A stretch of 64,000 nt of DNA from Nageia nagi. Taxonomy: Eukaryota > Plantae > Pinophyta. A model generated the notes under the pieces. It saw only the letters and a program-made list of their open reading frames with translations, made no database searches and was not told the DNA's origin. Below are positions 12,541-25,366 of the stretch, one piece after another (the stretch's first letter is position 1; each line of letters begins with the position of its first letter). The position numbers and the translations under genes were made by a program. The stretch is from positions 15,686,001 to 15,750,000 of the forward strand of contig JBITNC010000001.1 in assembly GCA_050084985.1 (NCBI GenBank). Direction: 5' to 3'.

Positions 12541-13239
12541 TGTTAGGATTTAAAGAGTTCATATAACCAAGAGCATTCACAATTTAGATTGTATTTGGCA
12601 AAGAAGAAACAACATTAAGCATACTACTGAAAATAAACATCCATAAACATCAATCACACAAGAGAGACACAAGAGATAACGTGGTTCATCCAGTGTAGGC
12701 TACATCCACGGAGAAGCTTTCAACTCTTTTCCATTCAAGTCCTCCAAGCAATACACCAGCAGCATAACCTTGCTACAACCTTCACTTTGGAGTTACAACA
12801 AAGCCTCACTACAATCTCTCTCTCAACAATTACAATCAACCTCACAAGTGCTATCAAATTACAGTCACTCACACACTATCACACCACATCATACATGCCT
12901 CAACTCAAACGCTTATTTATAGGTACAAACTAACCCAACTTAAACCCAAGTTGGATCAGGAACGTCGTTAGGGAACCCCCAACCCTTCTGTAACTACAAA
13001 ACCAGCTGTCATGACACCTAGGCAACTGAAAACTGATGAGAAACGAGAAAGTAACTGTTCTCTATTTCTTAGCTGGTGCCCTGCAGATCGGTTAGCAATA
13101 ACAGGCCGGTTTCCTTCAGATCGACTGGGCCTAGCCGGTTGGTCGGCTGTCTGATCGGTTGGCCAGCTGGCTGTCTGGCTGGTTGGCTAGTTCTGTCTAG
13201 CCGGCTGGCCGGCTGGTCGCAGTCTCCACATTTTTAACA
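12541..13239 (-). repeat. 5' LTR of copia element
   Basis: Adjacent to the iMet PBS; TATAAATA on minus at 12914-12921; GC-rich CCGG/CAGC repeats in U3. Confidence 0.97.
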
Positions 13240-16200
13240 GTTATTGGGTCCTCATATTGGCCTCCTAGCTATGCACAAGTGGCTTGGATAGGCCACTATA
13301 AAGGGGAAGTCCCTTTCTTGTCATTTTGTTGGCCAAATTTACCCAACACAACGCCTCATTCCTAGTCACACCCCTCTTAGAAGATACAATTGTGACTATT
13401 CAAAAGAGTGCAACGACCCCCTTTGAGGTCTTTCGAGCCAAAAATTGGCTAATTATTTTGTTTAAAGTGCTTGGAGAGCTGGTTGCATGGTTTAAAAAAG
13501 TTAAAATTCCATCATTTAGAGAAGGTACGACCACCCAGAAAGCTCAAATTCGGCCAAGTATGGGACATGGGCCTACTCCTTCCTTGGTCGCATATTTCAA
13601 AAGGGTTAAAATTGTATCATTTTAAGGAGGCGCAACCACCTTCCCAAGGCCCATTTTAACCAAAGTGTGGGACGTAGCCCCCTATTCTTGTTTGCATGCT
13701 CCACCAAAGATACATTTGTAAAGTTTTTGAGGGATGCAACCACCTTATTTTGCATGTGCTAGGCAAAGTTGTGACACTTGTTAGAAGGCCGCCCTTCCAC
13801 CCATTGGGACAATGCCATCTAGCATCTAAAGCAAACTATAAAAGGGGGACTTAGCTTATTTCTTGCAAACATTCACCCTCCCTAAGGCTGGTCGCATGGT
13901 TTCCAAAAGTTTCCATTCCATCTTTTTACAGAGGGGTGACCACATTTTGCATGAGAGGTGAATGACACTTGTTTATTGACCACCTTGTCACCCCATGGCA
14001 TGATGACATCTATCCCATTCAAACTATAAAGGCTTTGGTACTTAGCCACATTTTGCATTGATCATCTCCTTGAGTGTGGTCACATGGTTTCTAAGAGATA
14101 AATTTTTAACATTAAAAGATGGTGCACCTATCAAATTGGGGACTTTAGCCAAAGTTGGGTCAAGTTTTTGTTTCATTACTTGGTTGCATGGTTTCCAGGA
14201 GTTACACTTGCAACTTTGTTTTAGGGTTTGCCCCCACATGAGCATTAAAGGGATCAAGTATTTTGATTAAGTAACATTCTTGGGGCCCACACTTGGTCGC
14301 ATGCCACCATATAGGTAGACGTCTAACTTTTGTTTGAGTCATTCATCATTTTTGCTTGCCTATCACTGCACTCCACTAATCCTTGTCGTGTCTTATAGTC
14401 AATATTCCCTACCATCCTATGATCGCATCATTTCTCCAAGATGCAAAGCTAATATCTAAATTAGGTGCGACCAAGGCATTTGTGCATTATTTAAGTCTTC
14501 ATACTAAATTGGGTTCCACAATTTGGCGAAGGGAGACGTTTGTATTTACACTGCATCAAGGGATCAAGGCGCATGTTTTGGGACGTTCAATGCTTTACAG
14601 ACCTAAGGGGAGGCCGACCACCTTCCTATATCATAAACGTTGCATCCAAGGCTTCATATATTAATGCATCACCCTAGCACCCCAAAAACATACAATTGAA
14701 ATCAAGAGCGCAAAGCTTACAAATTTGCCAAGCATTACTGATCCCACCTTTTACCTGCATCACCCCCCACTGCATCTTCCAGTTAGTCAAGTTGTACACA
14801 CTAATTTTGTTTGTTTTGCAAGTTCAAATGTCAAATATCAATTCTAGACTTAGGAAGACCTGAGAGCTCCAATTGGCCAAATTGACTAAACCTAGCCTGA
14901 TAGAGTTTGCCGAAGAGAACCTCAAAGACCCTTGAAGGAGGAAAAATTCAAAAACCTCTCCAACATCTGAGACACTTATTGGTCTTATATAGATCCAAGC
15001 CAGACATTGTAATCTATCATTGAATTAGAGAAAACTCAGATGCTCAATGAGGTAATTTGCATGCCAATTTCAAGGACCATGCCTTCTATGATGTCAACGA
15101 CATCAAGATCCTTGATTTTTCTCCCAAGGGTATTGAAGAAGCCTTCAAATGGAGCAATGAAGGGGTTGTTTAGAAAAAGGTGGACTCCTTGGATTACTAT
15201 TAGAAATCTCACCAGGTCGGGGATTTCACTAGAGTGACTCGAAAATGAAAGTGAGGAGTTCTTTGGGAACAAATTGATTAATGCAAAGAGGCAATATTTC
15301 TACCCTATCATCTCCAAGATCATCAACATGTTGTCTAGGCTCATGGGCAAAGAGGATGACCTAAAATTCAGAAAGAAATTCATCGGTTTTATTATTGTGA
15401 TCGAGAATAGGTAGAGAATTAGATGGAGTGTGGTAATTAGCGACTTCCTTCTCCAACAACTAGCACATATTGGATCATCCAAAAGGTTTTACATGAACTT
15501 GTACCGTGCCTATCTCCTCCTCCATGGAAAGAATAAAAAGTCAACGCATGTAAACATGGGTATCTTGAACAATCCTACGAAACTCACATGGAGGGCCTAT
15601 CCCAAGTGGTGGCTAGAATCAAGGTGGGAAAATTACACCATGAGAAAAGATGGATGGGAGTATTAGATTTACAAGGAAATCAAGGGAAAGCAGTTTATGA
15701 AGAGGATATCTAACTCCGCCATGGAAGCCATTAGGGGACATGCTAACTTCTTTTTGGAAGACCCTGCACATACTTACATTCAGGTCTATGGTTCAAATGA
15801 AAGACACTACCTCTTGCCCTGGTATTCCAACAACAAATTGATCCTAATGGAATTCTACAGACAAATATTATTTTTGTATGAAAATGTATGGAAGAAGGAT
15901 GCCACCATTAATCTCCCCATCTCCATTGGGGAGTACACATGTTCCAGTTGGCATGAAGCTAAGGAAATGAAGAATGAACTATCCTACTACCACTTTGGTG
16001 AAGAGCAAGTAGTCGACCATTATGATCTAGAAGGGAGGATCCATGTCTTCTGTCGGCAAGCATTCAGGAACCTGGTTGCCTATGAACACCGACCCCTAGG
16101 TAACAAGGAGATGTATCAAAATAGAAGGGAAGAAAGACAGATCCAAGAAGTGCACCAAGTATTGGCGATTGAAGGAAGAATTGATCGAAGAATCTAGAAT

Positions 16201-16710
16201 TTAAGTGACCCTCTTGTGGCCACTAATGAGAAATACGCCTCCTCCTTAAGGGGGGGAAGACACCAAGGGTGAGTGGGAGAGCATGCTACTTTGGGTAACT
16301 TTGGACCAAAAATTTATTCAATAGTCCAGGAGATTACTAGAGACGTCCAAGTCATGGCAGAAACGGGGTATCCAAACTTTCCTCTTCAACAACTTGATGA
16401 TGTTACCCCAAAGGACATCCCCATAGTGCCCATAATTCCTATCAGATCATAGCATCTCTTGGCCATCCCAAATCTCTTGACCCCTGTGGAAGATTGGGTG
16501 GAAATGGAGATTCCATAGTAGGTTGAAACAAAGACCTAGATGGATGATCAAAATGCTGCTAGAACTCCTATTGCAGACCAACCAGGAGAGCTTGGCTCAC
16601 CTCACCACTCATCTAGTTCCTCTGATTCTGAGACATCCTCAAAGTCCTCTAGCTTGTCTAATTCCAATTCAAACGAAGAACAAGAAGGTAGTATAGAATG
16701 GGAGCATGAG

Positions 16711-17940
16711 TGTGATGATCCAAATTTAAATTCCAACACAAACTAGCAAAATCGGACCATCAAACCCTAATGTCAGGTCTAGGGCATCCACAATACACAA
16801 TCAAACCCTCATGCATGCAACGTTATGGTTAGGGCATTCATATTCAACATTCAGATACCCAAAATGCCCACGTATAGCATATACAAGCATACATCAATGA
16901 ATACAATGTCAAATTGCTAAAGTCTATGTCATACATGCATTACCCAAACCCTATTACATTAATGTAACTATGAATGGTAAATACAAGTACATACAATTAA
17001 AGAGATCCAATGCATGAACAAGTATGAAATGCACAACACAATAATAAGATCCAAGTGTCCTTTGGGTATATGAATGATAACAATGATAGTAAATACAATA
17101 CCAATGCCTAATGGGCAGTTGTTGGCCTCAAGGGAGCCAGCTAGGGCACAATGCTCTGAAACCCTCAACACTAAACAATTGCTGAACCACGGGATAGACT
17201 TACTTCCTCAGATCCCAAATTCTCCACTGAACAGGCCCTCCTCAAAACCTGGTGAACCACTTAAGGTAGAAGTAAATCCTCAGAATGCCACGGAATGGGC
17301 AAGGTGCTCCACTTATGCTGTAGATAATCAAGATCCCATTGCCTGACTACCCTCTAGACGCTCTGCCTAGGAATGGATTGCTTAGCGCCGTTAAGACTTC
17401 TACCCAAAGGTCTGTAGAAGTGTAATGATAATCAATAGCTGTCCAATACTGAAGCTCCAATGTCTATTTATACATTGCTCGTGTCCTGAACTCACCTTGG
17501 AGTCATCCCAGGCCCATCTAATCCAACGTTGGGTGTTTGGGGGGCCAATCACTTAAAGTGCCAACGTGGGGGTCATGACCATATAAAGTGCCAATGTGGG
17601 GTCCATAGCACTTAAAGTGCCAATGTGGGGGTCCTGGAGTACTCAAGAGCCAACATGGGGGTATGGGGCCCTCCTTAGTGTGGTGTTAGCATGCTGGTAG
17701 CCATCCAACTCACTAATGCATAAACATACCTTGGGATTCCCGCAATCCAGAATCGCTAGTGCAATACATGCCTAATCTACTACTCGGGAGGGATACGTCC
17801 CAGTTGGGGTTCATAGTGGGGTCCACATGACTCATTAAATTCCTATCCTGAGTTACAACAATACAACTACAAATACATCAAATAGATATAGTACAAGGTG
17901 ACCAAACCGGTTCCACTAAAAGTACAAGGGGGATGTCACA
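16711..17940 (-). mobile_element. Family B solo LTR (1230 bp)
   Basis: TGTGATGATCC...GGGGATGTCACA termini as in the 38027-44653 LTRs; perfect TSD ATGAG. Confidence 0.92.
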
Positions 17941-20659
17941 ATGAGGATGATGATGACTCGTAGAATGGCTCCCAAGATACCCAGATTGTAGACATAGAGG
18001 GGGAATCCGAGGCTACTAGTGGAATAGCACCAACCGGATCATCATCAATAAAACAAGTTGCTTCCTCCAAGTCCACCACTCCACGAAGGAAAAGAAAGTC
18101 GTCACCTAGAAAAGAAGCTCATAAGGAAATGCCAACAAACCTTCAAATCTAAGCAAGACCCCTACGATAGGAGGTGATGGAGGAGATGAGGAACACAAAG
18201 GCGAGAATGAAGAACAAAGAAAAAAAGAAAGCAACTGGAACATGGAAACTAGAAACCTTTGAAGATTCAGAAGAAGCCAACAAAGGTCCAGAACAAGCCA
18301 TTGACAATCGAGGAGATTCCAAGAGAGCCCGCCCCCACAAATATTGATACCACTCTGGCTAATATTACATCAAGTGTTGGTCCCCATAAGTAATATGATT
18401 TTGATATTGTCACAATCATCAAGAATTTGTAGATCAGTTATCGAAGTGATGATGAGGACTCTAGCCAGAGAATGGAGAAAGATTCTGAGGACTATTTGAT
18501 TGAAGAGCTTGAGACCTTCGTATTTATGAAAAAGGATGCGGTGACCATCAAAAGGTGTTATTCAAAGCAAAAACGTTTGCAAGATTTGCAAGATGTGCGG
18601 GTCCACACTAAGGAACACAAAAGTTAAGAAGATTGGGTGGGCCAGACGGAAGCATGCTATTAATTATAATGTGGATGAGATGGTGAACCAAGGTATTGAG
18701 AAAGAGCAAAAGATTAAGGAGCTAAAGAGAGAACTTGCTGGTAAAAATAAGCTGGTGAAGGAGATTGAAGTTGCCAAAATGTTTATTAAAGATGTCAAGC
18801 TGTAGGCCTCTCTGAACATTGGCCTAACGACAACAAAGGAAACCCTGGTGAGTGAGATAATGAGGGTTGTTAATGAGCTTTACCTTCGAATTGTTGCTCT
18901 CATGGATGAGCAAAAAGTAGAAGAGAACATGACCGTTGTGATATCCCAACTATTGGAGACAATGCAGAATCACGAGTAGACCATGCAAAACTTGAGGAGG
19001 ATGTCTGCTGGAGAAGAGGACCGAATACAATATTACCAGGAGTTTGCTTACCATCTGTGCTGGTTGAGGTATGCAACAGGAGAATGCGCTAACTTGACTA
19101 AGGCAAGGATTGACTTGTTGATAACCCTAGCCTTTCAGATGGGTTAGTTCGTACAGCCAATCAGGTTTGTCAATGAAGATGGTGTTGGGAAGGAAACCTT
19201 TCCTCTAACTCAACAATCGCCTAGATGATAAAGATGAGAAAGCAATCCAACATTTAGGTGAGAATGCGTTACTGAACTCCTCTTGTAAGGATTGATACCC
19301 CAAGGTTTCTATCGGAAAGCTTGTGTTGTTAATACGAGCTTTAAATTGTGTAGTTCTTGTTTGGGAATCAACTAAGCGGTGTAGTAGAGGTAATAATTGT
19401 TAACTCATGTTTTTTGTAGGGATTGAGGTGTTTTATCTTGCAATAGTTCGAAAGTTGCTATAGTTTTTAAAAAAAGTGTAAAATAAAGAAAAAAGGGGAC
19501 AAGCTAGTGAGATGACAAAGAAAAGGTCACAGTGAAGCAATGTCTAAGGTTTCTTACTTCTGGATCATTCAAGAAATCTCATTTGAAGTCTTCCAACCTA
19601 AAAATAGAATAACCTAAGTCCAATCTATTTTGAAGAGGAGTGGGGAGCAAAGCTGAGTGTTGGTGCTCTGCAAGCAGGACCGATGGAATAAAAAAAAGAC
19701 ACGACACAACAAGTCTGCACAAACTTCATTTCGAATGAGGAAATCTAATTTGATGTCATAGAATGAAGAAATCCTCAGAATATGTCCACTTACTATGCAA
19801 ATTATGGATAGGCAACAATTTGGGAATGATTCAAAAACCTTTAAAAATTTTCAAATTTTTTTCTAAAATTTGAAAATTTTCAAGGAAAAGCATGAAAGAT
19901 TTTGAATCATCGAAAAAAGCTCCAAAATGGTCAAATCCACAATCTTATAAATGACAAATCTCTTTGTTTCAAGTATTCTACCACTTTGTATTAAATTCGT
20001 TTGAAAATTATAGGGATACATCAATTTGCCAATTTTCTACAAATTTGCACTAAAAACATTTTGCCTCAAAAGTGACCCCCTATGGTCTATTTATAGACTT
20101 TTTAGATCAAATTTGAGAGTGTTGCCCTAATTCTTAAAAAAGCTTTAAAATGCTAATTTGAATGCTAAATTGAGATTAGAATGTCGTTTTAGTGAGAGAA
20201 CAACACTCATCCTATTAAAATATGCTCAAAATAAATATTTATAAAAATGGATGCCCTCTACCACGGATTTGGAGTTGTTTTGCATCATTTTGGCAAAATT
20301 TGGAGCTTCAAATGATCATTCTGGATCCTTTTGTCAGTCTTTTGAGCTCCTTCTTTCTTTGAATTTGGATTTGCCCATGATGTGATCATTGTGGCAAATT
20401 TTCAAGGAATTTTGAGAGGATTTTTCGAAAAAGTGGATTTTAAAAAGATGGAAGGGTTCAAAATTTGGAAAAATTTAAAAAAGTGGATTTGAGCTTATGG
20501 ATGGATGGAGGATATGATTATAAGGTATTTGGCAAGTTTTGAGGGGATTTGGGGCTTTTTAGGAGGTTTTGAGAAAGATTTGGGGTTTTTGGCAAAATTT
20601 TCGATTTTCATGTTTATGAATTTTTTTGGAAGAAAAAAGTGAAAATTTCCATAGGAATG

Positions 20660-23460
20660 AAAAATGCCTCCTAGATTTTTGAGCACTTAAACTTGCTCAA
20701 ATTTGAAAATTTCAAAGTTTAATTGTCCTTAGAATGTCATTTTCTATGCAATGAAGGCAAAAATTTTCGATTTTTGAGCAACATTCCTCTTTTCTCTCCA
20801 ATCTAGGTGCTAGATTTCACTCCAATGGATTATCCAATGGCTTGAAAACTTGCACCTAGCCTTTAGGTGCCTTAAATGTGCTCAAAATCGAAAATATGAA
20901 GGTTTAAATGTACTTGGAATACCCCTTATCATGCAAATATGCCAAAAAATTTGACTTTTGAGCAAATTTTTTACATTCCCTCTATGCTAGGTGCCAATTT
21001 TCATGTCTATGGATTCCCAATAGCATGAAAAACTGTGCCTTCCTTTCTGAGGGATTTCCATGGCTCAAAATAAAAAACTTCAAGTGTTAAATGAGTTCAA
21101 AATGCCAATTTCCTTGTAATGAAGGGGTCAAAACTGATTTTCAATCAAATTTGCGCTTTTCTCTCCAACTTAGGTGCTAGATTTCACCTCAGTGGATTTC
21201 TTATTAACTTGAAAACCTACGCCTACCTTCTAGGTGTCTTAAAATTGCTCAAAATCACTTTTTTGTAGACCTAAATGTGTTTTAAATGGCATTGTCCATA
21301 CATTGAATCCCTCAAACTTGATTTTTGAACAAAATTTATCAATTTTCCTCAACTTAGGCGCTGATTTTCATTCCATTGGAATTACATAGCCTTGAAAATC
21401 AGCGCCTACCCTTTAGGAGGCTTAAAATTGTTCAAATTTGAAAAATTGTAGATCTAAACCTTCTTAGAATGGCCTTTTCCTTGTCCCCAAGCCTTCAAAC
21501 TTGACTTTTGACAAAAATTTATATTTTCTCTCTCAAGCTAGGCACCAAAAATCACTCCATTGGAATTCCATTAGCATGAAAACATGTGCCTAACATTTTG
21601 GGCCTCAAAACTTGCTCAAATTTGAAAAATTGAAGACCTAAATGTGCTTGAAATCACCATTTCCATCACTTTATGCCTTTGGTTTTGTATTTGAGTGAAA
21701 ATCCATTTGTTTCCTCCAAGTTAGATGCCAAAATGCATGTGTATGGATTTCTAATCACTTGAAAACATGTGCCTAGGATTTTAGGTCACTTCCATTGATC
21801 AAAATCGAAAAATTGTAGACCTAAAGTGCCTTGGAATGGGATTTTACTGTGAGGATACAAAACTATCCTCAATGAAAAACAATCAACACTAGGGTTTTTG
21901 CAACCCTCAAACACCAAATGGCCATACCACAATGCAACCACAACCCTCATGATTGCCCCCTAGGGCACACAACAACTCCAAAATACCAACGTGGGTCTTC
22001 CAAAGCCCCCACACCTCACACAACACCAAACAATGGCCACACAATGCTGATGTCAGCCCCTAGGGCTTCTCCAACACCTTGCAAACCCTACGATTACTCC
22101 ACAACACAATTGAACAACACAAGAATACCAACGATGGGTATACAAAGTAACACAACACAAGTATGAAGCTTCCAACACCAATATATCACAACACATGGAA
22201 CATACAATGGTATAGCAACAACATAATGCCACAAGGGCCAACACATGCATACAATGGAACACAATGATATACGAAACACAGTTGAATGTCTATATGGCTA
22301 TGAGGTACAATGATGACAATGAAGATACCAAACTAGGGTTCCAAACCCTCAATACAGATCCGAACCATAGTATTAGATTGACTCCCTTAGCTATCTAAAT
22401 CCCCTCTTGCGAAGAAGTCTCCTCGACCCCTGGCAACCAATGAAGGTAGAAGCTCGTGCTCAGAATTCCACTAGATGGGTTAGGTGACCCACCTAAGCCG
22501 TAGAATGTCATGCTCCCAACCCTGCCACTCCTCTAGACACTGTCTAGGAATAGTTGCTCAGCACTGCTAAGACTTTGTTGCCCGATCGAGATTGGTATAG
22601 AAAGTGTATGATAAGTAGTAACCTCATAATGGAGCTTCATCCCCTATATATAGTCTCTCATGTACACAAATCATGCCTCGTTATCACCCCAAGCCATTTC
22701 TAATCCATCGTTGGGGTCAACAAGTCAACCATGTCAACGGGGGGGCGGGGGGGGGGGGGTCATATTGGCACAGTATGCGAACGTGGGGGTCATAAAGGTC
22801 CTCAAGGCTGACGTGGGGTCCAAATGGCCTTCTAGGCTGACGTGGGGATTTGTAAGGTCTCATGAGCCAACGTGGGGTATGTGGGGTCCTCCCAACACTA
22901 GCACACTCCTCCGTGCACCTCCAACATGCATGACACATGACTGTTGGGATTCCCACAATTTGGGATCACCCATGAACTACACACAACACATTGGGATTCC
23001 CACAATCTGGGATAACCCATCACAACACACATCACTACTCAAGGGGAGACGTCCCATTATTGGGCTCATAATGGGGTCCACAGACCATAAGCTCCTGCTT
23101 GAGTTACACAATCACAACATGAACATGAACATATGCTAGAATACAAAGGGTCATTACACAATTGCTCATTGGTCCAAATGGGACATCACATTTACATGCA
23201 AACAAATCATCTCCCTTGAATTTCAAGGCAAATGAACTTTTCTCCTAGGTAGCTAGGCACCAGAATGCATCTCATTGGATTTCTATTGGCTTGAAAAACT
23301 GCGTCTAGCCTTCAAAATTTCAAGTCCTAATTATGTTGGAATTCACCTTATCTCTACAATGACGCTCTTAGACTTGATTTTCGACAACATTTGCATTTAT
23401 CTTTGTAAAAAATTTCATAATTTGCCATAGTTGGGAGCTAAGTGTCAAAACCCAGGCTTT
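20660..23460. repeat. ~183-bp tandem repeat array (about 8 units), interrupted by 21848-23190
   Basis: YTAGGYGC motif recurs at ~20803, 20988, 21170, 21354, 21538, 21721 and, after the insertion, 23253 and 23431. Confidence 0.85.
21848..23190 (-). mobile_element. Family B-related solo LTR (1343 bp)
   Basis: TGTGAGG...GGGACATCACA termini; perfect TSD TTTAC; ACGTGGGGGTC repeats. Confidence 0.92.
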
Positions 23461-25003
23461 GATATCACTAAAACCCTCAAATTGTGCCCTAGGGGATACC
23501 TTTTGCATTTCGGATCCATATCCACCATTTCCGAGCTCAAACTCGACCAGATTTGCATTTTCCGTCATTTTCGAGCTCAAATTGTGCATTTTCGATCATT
23601 CTCGGCATTTTCAAGCTCAAACTTTGAAAAAAATCATTTTCGACATTTCTGAACTCAAACTCTACATTTCCAATCATTCTTGAGCTCATCTTGGCATTTT
23701 CGATCATTTCTGGCATTTCTAGCCATTTCCGGTCCAAATCGAACTTTCTAAGCATTCCCAATCAAAATTGTACTTAAACTCTAAAAAATGCACTTTCTGT
23801 CATTTCCTGGCTCAAACTTGACCAAAACACAGTTTTCTTCATTTCCACCATTCCCGAGCTCAAAACTTGGTCAAAATGCGTTTTTTTACTATATTGGCAC
23901 GACCTCATCTTCATTGACCTCACTCTAGACCCAAAAATCCATGCTCGGATACTCTCTCAGATCCTGGCTCCTTGGCTCCAAAATTGGTGACTGGATACTC
24001 TAATACTCTTCAGGGTCTTCGTCATATGATCTCCTTGAATCATTTCCTGATATCATGTTTGTACTCTTCAGAATGAACTATCCGGCTCCAAAGCCAATCT
24101 CAAGGTAATGGACCTCATTGCCTTTGCAAAAAATAAGGTCCCCAAAATCTTGTATTTTGGGGTGTTGTGCAAGCGCAACAGATGTGAGCGCAAGGATGGT
24201 TAAGCTTGTGACCCATGAAGTCTAGAACACTGTCCGGGAGCTTCTCTTCACAAAGGATGTGAACTTGTTGAAAGTGGGGAAACACATTGAAAATCAACAA
24301 CATTTGGCCATTTGGAAGTTTCAAATGGAATGCACCTCTCGCTACATCTTGGATTTCCACACCAAGAAGGACAAAGATCTGCCAGGCGCACTCACAGTGG
24401 GACTCTCCAAGGCAAAGGCTTTCTTCAAAGATACCTCTCATGGGATTCCTGAGGAAGTTCTCCTTGTTGGATGTGGTGGAGTTGCCAATGCATAGTGGAA
24501 AAATGCATATTTGATTAGTTGATAGGATGTTTTTCAAACATTTTTATATTATTATAAGACTTTATTTGACTTGCGCTATGACGGATGAGATTTTGCTCCC
24601 ACAGCCGCAAGGAGATTTGATGTGACAATAATGTGATGTTTGGGAAGTATTTTGTAGCTGCAGTTTAATATTTTGTTGATGGTTTTTGTTTTAGTAGTAT
24701 TAGGGTTTGCTTTTGCTGTTTAGGGCAACACTACAATTAATGCCAGGGTAACACTTCATTTAATGAAGTTGTTAGACATTATGTTATAAGTACCCTAGCT
24801 GGGTCATTTTGTAGAGTAGTTTTGATGAGGAAATTTTGGGAGAAGTTTTGGAGCTGAAGCTTTCGATTGTATGCATTGTTACGTCATTTTGGGAAGCTCC
24901 AATATTAATGTAAGTGATGCGCTTTCATTTCACAGGATTGTGGATGCGTTGATAACATGCTTGGTATGTTGTTAGCTATTTATATGTTTACGAGCATTTT
25001 CTT

Positions 25004-25366
25004 CAAGGTTGTTAGGGGACGTGTCCCCCACCCTCAAAATCCCCGTCCTCAACCCCTACCATCCCTGAAAACTTGGGGACTCCATAGAGGACATTTCCTA
25101 CTATTCATTAAGAAAGTAGAATGTATTTAGCCAATTTGTTAGTTTGTGTGTAACTTTTTTGTTCTAAAATGATGTATTTAGCCTTTTTGTTAGGTTTTGA
25201 ATAATGATTTTGTTGGTTTTTGCATAATGGATGATTATGTGTCATTTATTTTCCTTGGTTTTATATACTTATCATCCCCTAGCCCCATCCCCCAGGCGTT
25301 CCCTAAAATCGAGTCTTCGTCCCCTAGTCCCCCCATACCTCTATCCCCCATTCTGTGACAACCTTG
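25004..25366. mobile_element. hAT-type MITE (363 bp)
   Basis: TIR CAAGGTTGTTA / TGACAACCTTG (10/11); perfect 8-bp TSD ATTTTCTT; subterminal GTCCCC/GGGGAC motifs. Confidence 0.9.

Larger units (their letters stand above)
7835..13239 (-). mobile_element. Intact, very recent Ty1/copia LTR retrotransposon (Tnt1/Tork-like)
   Basis: Two 699-bp TG...CA LTRs that appear identical by eye; TSD GTTAT (7830-7834, 13240-13244); PBS TGGTATCAGAG (iMet) at ~12528-12538; PPT at 8534-8545; uninterrupted gag-pol ORF. Confidence 0.98.
19183..24180 (-). mobile_element. Long solo LTR (~3.65 kb net) with internal 183-bp tandem array (family D)
   Basis: TGTTGG...GCGCAACA termini; TSD GATGG/GATGT (4/5); host ORF restored on removal; minus-strand CTATAAATAG at ~20087-20096. 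Confidence 0.75.
14828..24495 (+). pseudogene. Decayed ~1140-codon retroelement-associated ORF, copy A2, split by insertions 16711-17940 and 19183-24180
   Basis: Pieces 15430-15666 (KRFYMNLY..LLLHG, YPKW), 15697-16197 (HTYIQVYG..LLPWY, KKDATINLPISI), 16540-16710, 18593-18805 and 24259-24495 (LAIWKFQMECTSR vs MVVWKYHMQATSR in A1). The frame rejoins across the 19183 insertion (..NED/VSARMVK..). Confidence 0.78.

Noticed and set aside
17520-17670. Regularly spaced CCAACGTGGGGGTC repeats superficially like a CRISPR array (also 22705-22885, 38720-38855, 44220-44385)
   Set aside because: Eukaryotic LTR U3 minisatellite; spacers are short and related to each other; no cas genes.
19414-19442. TGTAGGGATTGAGGTGTTTT resembling the family-A stem-loop motif
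   Set aside because: Lies in a different element (family D) and lacks the TTTTGCTC half of the motif.
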